DNA of 12,618 nt, from NCBI GenBank assembly GCA_037917625.1, contig JAVCBY010000029.1:1-12618 (forward strand), in the 5' to 3' direction. The DNA comes from Thermoproteota archaeon (lineage in GTDB: Archaea; Korarchaeota; Korarchaeia; Korarchaeales; Korarchaeaceae). Of the stretch, positions 7,175-12,618 are shown in pieces. Below the pieces are notes generated by a model. The model was given only the letters and a program-made list of their open reading frames with translations, was not told the DNA's origin and searched no databases. Every line of letters starts with the position of its first letter. Position 1 is the stretch's first letter. A program made the position numbers and the translations under genes.

Positions 7175-8716
7175 TTAATTCCAGGGGGATTTCTTCGGTC
7201 CTTTCCTCACGTAAGTCCTATAGTCCCTGTAGTACTTCCCGTGAGACCCCTGTCCTCTCCTATTCAGATCCTTCCTCACGACTACCTTCCTATTATTAGC
7301 TCTCTCAACGAAACCGTTTCTATCGGAATCTCTCACCGCTAGATAACTCGCGAAGATCACGATGAATGCACCTATCCCCGCGCTCATCCAGAGGTTATCC
7401 AGCCCTATCCAGGATAGGGAAGCCGAAGCTACCTCCGGCATCTTGACAGTTATCCTCTTGCTCACCCAGTTCGACCAAGCACCCTTATCATCCTTAACCC
7501 TGAAGCTCACGGTATAATTCCCGCTCTTTGAGTATGTATAGTTTAGATAGTCGTGAGGTATGGAGTTCCCCTTGAGCTCTCCACTGAATATCTTCCCATC
7601 TCCCATATTCCACTCGTAAGCCACCACGTTACCATCAGGATCTACGCCCATCCCCTGGAATAAGAACGTAACATTATCGAGTGTCTTTATAGATATGATG
7701 GAGGCCTGAGGCGGCCTATTGCCCTTTACAGAGACGCTGACAGTGTAATAGGAAGATTCAAGTCCCTTTGAATCGATAGCCTTCACCTTTACAGTATAAG
7801 CGCCCTCCTTTGAGTAAGCATACTTGATCTCAGCATCCCCCTTCCTCACAGTACCATCACCGAAATCCCAAGCGTATGTTATCGGATCGCCGTCAGGATC
7901 GTAGGCGGATGCCCTGAATGATATAGTAGCCCCGGGGTTCGGATCCTGTGGACTGAACGTCACTGAAGTTATGACAGGCGCTCTATTCGGGGGCTTCGTC
8001 TCAGTCATCTTAGACTTAATGTATATCTTGACGGATGTCTCATTCGAGATAGCCCCCTTGTCATCAGCGACCTTCACAGTAACGATGTAAGTGCCCTCCC
8101 TCGAGTAAGCGTGAGTGACCTTAGTTAGGTTAGCCCCCTGCTGCTTATTACCGTCACCGAAATCCCAATAAAAGGTAGTTACGCGGCCATCGGGATCTGA
8201 AGCTTCTGCCACGAACGTAACCTTTTCATTAGGTTGCGCTGGATTTGGATAAACATCCTTAAGCTCCACTACGGGCGGATAATTTGGTTTCTTGACAGTT
8301 ATTGTAACAGAATAGATGTTTGATTCCTTCAACCACGTATTCTTCACGCTTACCTTAACTGTATACTGCCTGTAATCCTTATAGGTATGGGATACATCCA
8401 CACCATAATAAGCTATTATAGAAGCCCCCTTTTGCGTCTCATTTATCTTATAACCGCCAGTTTCTTTGAGAGTCTGCCCATCACCGAAATCCCAAATCCA
8501 CTCCTTTGGCATGTTATCCTCAGTCGCGGTTTTATTGAAGGCTGCCACAGCGGTGAAGTAGACAGTAGTCCCCCTCACCGTATATGATACGCTGATTATC
8601 TTAGGTGGAGGGAGCGAAGATGCTACTGCTTCACATCCGGTATCTGCCGAAGCATTCATCGCCATGAGCAGAATTAACGCTAAGCCTGTGGAAACTAACA
8701 TCTTCGTTGCTCTCAT
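7175..8716 (-). CDS. Secreted, C-terminally membrane-anchored PKD-repeat cell-surface protein (4 PKD/Ig-like domains)
   Basis: Signal peptide ending ASA; WDFGDG x3 plus WNMGDG; DPDG motifs; Y-x-V-x-V-x-V-x-D strands; C-terminal TM (LWMSAGIGAFIVIFASYLAV); basic cytoplasmic tail; about 7 N-x-T sequons. Confidence 0.9.
   Translation of the reverse strand: MRATKMLVSTGLALILLMAMNASADTGCEAVASSLPPPKIISVSYTVRGTTVYFTAVAAFNKTATEDNMPKEWIWDFGDGQTLKETGGYKINETQKGASIIAYYGVDVSHTYKDYRQYTVKVSVKNTWLKESNIYSVTITVKKPNYPPVVELKDVYPNPAQPNEKVTFVAEASDPDGRVTTFYWDFGDGNKQQGANLTKVTHAYSREGTYIVTVKVADDKGAISNETSVKIYIKSKMTETKPPNRAPVITSVTFSPQDPNPGATISFRASAYDPDGDPITYAWDFGDGTVRKGDAEIKYAYSKEGAYTVKVKAIDSKGLESSYYTVSVSVKGNRPPQASIISIKTLDNVTFLFQGMGVDPDGNVVAYEWNMGDGKIFSGELKGNSIPHDYLNYTYSKSGNYTVSFRVKDDKGAWSNWVSKRITVKMPEVASASLSWIGLDNLWMSAGIGAFIVIFASYLAVRDSDRNGFVERANNRKVVVRKDLNRRGQGSHGKYYRDYRTYVRKGPKKSPWN
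7857..8495. repeat. Three exact 15-bp direct repeats TCACCGAAATCCCAA (7857-7871, 8154-8168, 8481-8495) encoding the PKD WDFGD cores
   Basis: Read directly. Spacings are 297 and 327 bp, in frame with the PKD domain period. Confidence 0.85.
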
Positions 8717-8981
8717 CGAAAGATAACTCCGGGATCACCTAAATAAACGTTACATGCTCTAATTCTTAACTTACTAATGCAACCGTTTCATATGCCATGA
8801 TTATCTGAGAATTCAGCAAATAGATAAAAAATTGAGGATAGATATGTTCATTGGATATTTTTATATCTAAAAAATGAAAACTTATTTTTCCTTAACGTAT
8901 CTTCATGTAATTTTCTTAACATTTCAAGATAAGATGATATATAAAAATGAATTTATAGATCTATGTCAGTTGAAGTAGCCG
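8717..8981 (-). promoter_or_regulatory. 265-bp AT-rich intergenic region containing a TATA-like box for the PKD gene and candidate operator sites
   Basis: TTTATTTA on - (8747-8740) lies at -31..-24 of ATG 8716. Hand count gives about 19% GC over 8821-8960. Several short palindromes and direct repeats are present. Confidence 0.6.
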
Positions 8982-9779
8982 CTATCCGATCTGAGCGATC
9001 ATATTATCAACTATTTTGCCGAATGCCTTAGCCACAGGGCTCTCGGGATCCTCTATCACTATGGGCTTACCCTCATCAGTTAGCTCAACCACTTTGGGGT
9101 CTATTGGGATCTCACCGAGGAAGGGGACTCCCTCCTCCTCCGCGAGCTTCCTGCCGCCGCCTTCCCCGAATATCTTGATCTTCTCACTCCTGCATATGAA
9201 GTAGCTCATGTTCTCGATTAGACCGAGGACCTTTATGTTCATTGCCTTAGCCATCCTTATCGCCCTCCTGACATCCATCAGGGCGATCTTCTGAGGAGTG
9301 GTCACTATAACGATACCATCCAGAGGGATGAGCTGCATCACGCTCAATGGTTCATCTCCTGTTCCAGGCGGGAGATCTACGACCAGAAAATCTAGGTCCC
9401 CCCATTTCGTACCTTCCACTAATTCCTGTATCGCTTTGGCCTTGAGAGGTCCTCTCCATATGACAGCGTCTTCATCTTCTATCATGAAGCCCAATGAGAT
9501 CGCCTTTATCCCTAAGGGGCCTTCGATAGGGATTAATTTATCCCCCTCGACATACACCCGGGAGCCCAGTAGGCCTAAGGCCCTAGGGACATTGGGCCCC
9601 GTGAGATCAGTATCCAATATGCCGACGGAATGACCCCTCCTAGCAAGCTCAGCAGCTATGTTCACGGAGACAGTAGTCTTACCGACTCCCCCCTTTCCGC
9701 TAATCACAGCTATCTTTCTCTTGACATATTTCAGATTCTCTAACTCTTTATGTTGTGGTTTCGAGCCCTCACTCTTCAT
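8982..9779 (-). CDS. mrp: Mrp/NBP35/ApbC family P-loop ATPase (Fe-S cluster carrier family)
   Basis: SGKGGVGKTT deviant Walker A, LDTDLTGP, WRGP, DLPPGTGD, VTTPQ, GLIENMS, IFGEGGG. Start placed at ATG 9779 (GGTGA 6 nt upstream) rather than GTG 9809 from the ORF track. Confidence 0.92.
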   Translation of the reverse strand: MKSEGSKPQHKELENLKYVKRKIAVISGKGGVGKTTVSVNIAAELARRGHSVGILDTDLTGPNVPRALGLLGSRVYVEGDKLIPIEGPLGIKAISLGFMIEDEDAVIWRGPLKAKAIQELVEGTKWGDLDFLVVDLPPGTGDEPLSVMQLIPLDGIVIVTTPQKIALMDVRRAIRMAKAMNIKVLGLIENMSYFICRSEKIKIFGEGGGRKLAEEEGVPFLGEIPIDPKVVELTDEGKPIVIEDPESPVAKAFGKIVDNMIAQIG

Positions 9780-9811
9780 CGAAGTCACCAACTCAGCGAC
9801 CCATATCACCG

Positions 9812-9823
9812 AAAAAACTTTTT
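9812..9823 (-). promoter_or_regulatory. AAAAAGTTTTTT element between the kinase and mrp: possible oligo-T terminator and/or BRE-TATA-like promoter for mrp
   Basis: Begins 6 nt after the kinase stop and ends about 33 nt upstream of ATG 9779. Function is ambiguous. Confidence 0.3.
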
Positions 9824-9829
9824 GGAGAT

Positions 9830-10930
9830 TTAGCGTGAGTAAAACCTACCTAACACATAAGGAAGGGCTATCCTCCCCTTGACTCTCAGCCCTATCGATA
9901 TCAGTTGACCGTGCTTGAGGGGACAATCCGTCACCCTCTTCCAACTAGCCCCCTCTTGAATCCAGACTCCTCCGGGCGCCCCCATATCGCTTATCCAGAA
10001 CTCCCCACCTACTCTGGATATCTCCACCCACCCGAGAGGGGGGCCTGGGGGTAAGAGCCTCCTGTTCCCTATCTCCTGGAGGCAGACATCAGCATTTCCA
10101 GTTCCTCCCTGTCTCTTTATCCTCCCTATCGTTACCTTTGAGGTCAAATTTATTACCTTACCTTGGATGACGAGCCTCGGCCCCTCCCCTTTGGGTAGCC
10201 TCCTCCCCATTAGGGCTAAGGACATCTCACTGGCGCTCCCGAATCTCCCCCATGGCTCCGGATCTAGGGACCTCTCCAAGACGTGCTTGAGGTTATCGGA
10301 AATATTGCTTGGGATCTTTATGGATGAGGGATCCTCGGGAGGATCTTTGCCTGTTAACATGAAGAGGAGGAGCGCTCCAATTGAATATATATCGGATTCC
10401 GGGGAAACCTCCCCCTTGAGGAATTCAGGGGCGCTCCATCCCAACGTAGCGGCTAGAGACTTGCTCCCGAACTTCCTAGCGACCCCCATATCTATTAGGA
10501 CAGGATGCAATGGCTTCGGGAGTATTATGTTATCCGGTTTGATATCGCCGTGAGCGATCCCCAATGAATGTATTCTTTCAAGAGCTGAGAGACATCCTAA
10601 AGCTACTCTAATAGCATCTCCCTGCGTTGCAATTCTCCCTGAGAATGCTTCCCTCAGTGTTGGGCCTGGAACGTATTCCTCAACTAGAGCTGGAGCATTG
10701 GGGATCCACTCTATGAATCTGACTATGTTTTCGTGAGGCGTTGGCCTTGAGACCTCCTCGAGTATCTCAGCCTCCTCAACTAGGAGGTACCTCGATAGTT
10801 CATCGTCCCTAGGGAGCTTCAATACCACGAGCTCCTTATCCCTCCTCGCTAGGAAAACTTTGGAGAATCCCCCTTCTCTCAACATCCTTACCAGTGTGTA
10901 CTTATCGATCCTCCCCAATCCTCTGCTCAT
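9830..10930 (-). CDS. Hanks-type (eukaryote-like) Ser/Thr protein kinase with C-terminal degenerate FHA-like domain
   Basis: EGGFSKV Gly-loop, VVLK, helix-C Glu, HENIV, HGDIKPDN catalytic loop, DMG, APE, SDIYSIG. C-terminal VTIGR...FWISDMG..GGVW...LKHGQLISIG follows the FHA strand pattern. Confidence 0.92.
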   Translation of the reverse strand: MSRGLGRIDKYTLVRMLREGGFSKVFLARRDKELVVLKLPRDDELSRYLLVEEAEILEEVSRPTPHENIVRFIEWIPNAPALVEEYVPGPTLREAFSGRIATQGDAIRVALGCLSALERIHSLGIAHGDIKPDNIILPKPLHPVLIDMGVARKFGSKSLAATLGWSAPEFLKGEVSPESDIYSIGALLLFMLTGKDPPEDPSSIKIPSNISDNLKHVLERSLDPEPWGRFGSASEMSLALMGRRLPKGEGPRLVIQGKVINLTSKVTIGRIKRQGGTGNADVCLQEIGNRRLLPPGPPLGWVEISRVGGEFWISDMGAPGGVWIQEGASWKRVTDCPLKHGQLISIGLRVKGRIALPYVLGRFYSR

Positions 10931-11991
10931 ATCTCAGGCACACCCAGGTCCTCCGATTCATATGAGAACCTGAGTCTAGCGACTTCAGCGACATCTATGA
11001 CTGCTCCATTGACGAGCTTAACGAATTCCCTTCCTATCCTATTCCCGTTAACCCAAGTCCCATTTAAACTCCCCAGATCCCTTATGAAGTACCCCTCCTT
11101 CGTCCCCTTGATCTCGAAGTGCCTCCTCGATATGTAATCTAGATCATCGTCGGGGACATAGCCCACGAAATCCCTCCTACCGAAAGCTCTGACACCGAGC
11201 TCAAGATCTATTGTCAATCCATTTGGCCCCAGCAATCTAGCTCTCTTCCCCTCAGCTCTTACTCGAATACCTTCGTATATCTCTTCCCTCCTGGGGGCTT
11301 CTACTGGCTTTCCTCTGGTTACCCCAAATGGCCTCTCTGGGATTTCCTCCAACCTCGAGACCTCCTCAGGCCCTCCCTCATACTCATGCGGAGCTTCCTC
11401 CTCAGTCTCTATAACTTCTATCTCAGCTCTTATGAGTCTAGTCAGGGAGAGCATGAGTATTAGCGAACCTACTATTCCCAATGCTGATCCTACGATCGCA
11501 CTAGTGTCATAACTAATTATAACTGCGAAGGGGGATGGTATTATCGTCACAGATCCTATCATCATGGATCTCGATCCTAATAGTGAGCTGAGCTTGATGA
11601 ATGAGTATGCCATCAAGATGAGGAGAATTATGAAAAATAACGCCGCTAAGAGTAGGGGTGGTCTTGACATCAGCCCTTCTATTCCAACGGGTCCTTCTAC
11701 CCCATAGAAAATTGAGATCGAAGTGAAGATCACGAGAGCGGGTGTTAAGTATTTGAAGAGCTTCCTCAACTTGCAGAAGACTCCCCCTAATGATCCGCAT
11801 ATGCTACTGAGTCCTATAGTGAAGATAGCTAGCGATACTATGCAGAGGAGAGCTGAAGCTATTAGGACTGGAATAGAATACTCACTCGGCACTATTTGGG
11901 GAAAGTAAGCTAAAGCTAGGGAGATTCCCGAGAGAAGCATTGGTATCGTTGAGAGCCTGAGCTTCCTCAGACCATGAGCGAGCTCACTCAT
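10927..11991 (-). CDS. Polytopic membrane protein (about 6 TM) with acidic linker and C-terminal FHA domain
   Basis: Six hydrophobic segments in the first ~190 aa, then an E/P-rich linker and a canonical FHA (FGR...ISRRH...DLGSLNGTWVNG). The stop overlaps the kinase ATG (ATGA 10930-10927). Start is ATG 11991 (preferred from promoter spacing) or 12006. Confidence 0.9.
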   Translation of the reverse strand: MSELAHGLRKLRLSTIPMLLSGISLALAYFPQIVPSEYSIPVLIASALLCIVSLAIFTIGLSSICGSLGGVFCKLRKLFKYLTPALVIFTSISIFYGVEGPVGIEGLMSRPPLLLAALFFIILLILMAYSFIKLSSLLGSRSMMIGSVTIIPSPFAVIISYDTSAIVGSALGIVGSLILMLSLTRLIRAEIEVIETEEEAPHEYEGGPEEVSRLEEIPERPFGVTRGKPVEAPRREEIYEGIRVRAEGKRARLLGPNGLTIDLELGVRAFGRRDFVGYVPDDDLDYISRRHFEIKGTKEGYFIRDLGSLNGTWVNGNRIGREFVKLVNGAVIDVAEVARLRFSYESEDLGVPEI

Positions 11992-12006
11992 ATCAGTCCC
12001 ACACAT

Positions 12007-12053
12007 GGGAAAGAGTTAAGTTAAATAAAATACCCTTGAACCAGGGGAGAAGC
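12007..12053. promoter_or_regulatory. Compact divergent promoter between the FHA-membrane gene and the B12 radical SAM gene
   Basis: GTTAAGTTAAATAAAA at 12015-12030. CTTAAC on - lies at -29..-24 of ATG 11991, and TTAAATA on + lies at -33..-27 of TTG 12054. Confidence 0.55.
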
Positions 12054-12618
12054 TTGAGGCTGGACGTCGCTCTCATACATCCTCCGAGCGTCTACGACTT
12101 CAGGAAGAGCCCATCTTACGCTAGTATGATCAGTGAGGTAATTCCTTCCATGTATGTCTTCGATATGATGCCATATGGATTCCTGACGCTAGCCACATAC
12201 CTCGAGAGGAACGGCCTCAATGTCGCTACATTCAACTTAGCCGCTAAGATGTTGAAGGACCGCTCCTTCGATGTCGAGAAGTACATCAAGAAAATAGAGG
12301 CTGATATCTTCGGAATAGACTTTCATTGGGCTGTCCATGCTCAAGGAGCGATGGAGATAGCTAGAATCATTAAGGAGATTCATCCGGAGAGTAAGGTAGT
12401 ACTGGGAGGCCTCTCATCCACTTACTTCAGGTATGAGGTGATAAGGTACCCCTTCATCGATGCTATATTAACGGGAGATAGCGCGGAGCTCCCACTCCTC
12501 AGATACGTAGAGGAGGGACCTGAGAAGGCGCCTAATATCATCTGGAAGGATGGAGGAAGGATAAGGGAGAACCCATTGAGATGGATCCCTGAATCCTTAG
12601 ATGACTTCGAGATAGACC
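12054..12618 (+). CDS. Cobalamin (B12)-binding domain radical SAM protein, resembling the TIGR04190 family; 3'-truncated by the window end
   Basis: Manually translated open frame: MRLDVALIHPPSVYDFRKSP...VFDMMPYGFLTLATYLERNG...IFGIDFHWAVHAQGAMEIARIIKEIHPESKVVLGGLSSTYF...ILTGDSAE..., a B12-binding Rossmann pattern. The CX3CX2C motif would lie beyond the window. In-frame TTG 12036 is an alternative start. Confidence 0.85.
   Translation, partial: MRLDVALIHPPSVYDFRKSPSYASMISEVIPSMYVFDMMPYGFLTLATYLERNGLNVATFNLAAKMLKDRSFDVEKYIKKIEADIFGIDFHWAVHAQGAMEIARIIKEIHPESKVVLGGLSSTYFRYEVIRYPFIDAILTGDSAELPLLRYVEEGPEKAPNIIWKDGGRIRENPLRWIPESLDDFEID

Noticed and set aside
7857-8495. Triple 15-bp repeat as a CRISPR array
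   Set aside because: Repeats are too short, spaced ~300 bp apart and explained by the PKD coding motif; no cas genes are present.
8630-8650. Lipoprotein lipobox at DTGC in the PKD protein
   Set aside because: Asp at -3 does not fit the lipobox. An AxA signal peptidase I site precedes it and a C-terminal TM anchor exists.
8821-8960. Calling the AT-rich tract a replication origin
   Set aside because: No ORB-like repeats or cdc6/orc1 gene in the window; retained only as an alternative hypothesis.
9180-9200. Selenocysteine or a frameshift supplying the missing second Cys of Mrp
   Set aside because: The nearby TGA is out of frame and the ORF continues uninterrupted into the conserved IFG.GGG.
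6302-11908. Short ORFs 6302-6667, 8387-8587, 9016-9204, 9298-9633, 9658-9882, 10167-10553, 11513-11800 and 11723-11908
   Set aside because: Overlap well-supported genes, mostly antisense. Their composition is typical of shadow frames.

Overview
Gene-dense archaeal chromosomal segment with 11 supportable CDSs. AGG/AGA/ATA-rich codons, TTG/GTG starts, an archaeal-type MAT and the gene complement suggest a thermophilic TACK archaeon, possibly Korarchaeota (inference, not searched). In order: C-terminal half of rad50, a small heat-shock protein, a large Hrq1/MrfA-like SF2 helicase, archaeal SAM synthetase (- strand), a SPASM radical SAM enzyme, a winged-helix regulator, then a - strand block (about 6-TM membrane protein with canonical FHA, Hanks-type Ser/Thr kinase with a degenerate FHA-like domain, Mrp/NBP35 ATPase, AT-rich spacer, membrane-anchored 4xPKD surface protein), and the 5' part of a B12-binding radical SAM protein absent from the ORF track. 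No rRNA, tRNA, CRISPR array or mobile element was seen. Most notable: (1) the coupled membrane-FHA and non-RD kinase/pseudo-FHA pair, a candidate archaeal transmembrane phospho-signalling module near a PKD surface protein; (2) a 62-bp segment of rad50 inverted between perfect 14-bp inverted repeats, where re-inversion restores the frame (possibly a contig-end artefact); (3) a helicase with a Cys-less DUF1998-like region and a probable degenerate exonuclease-like tail; (4) an Mrp protein with only one Cys.
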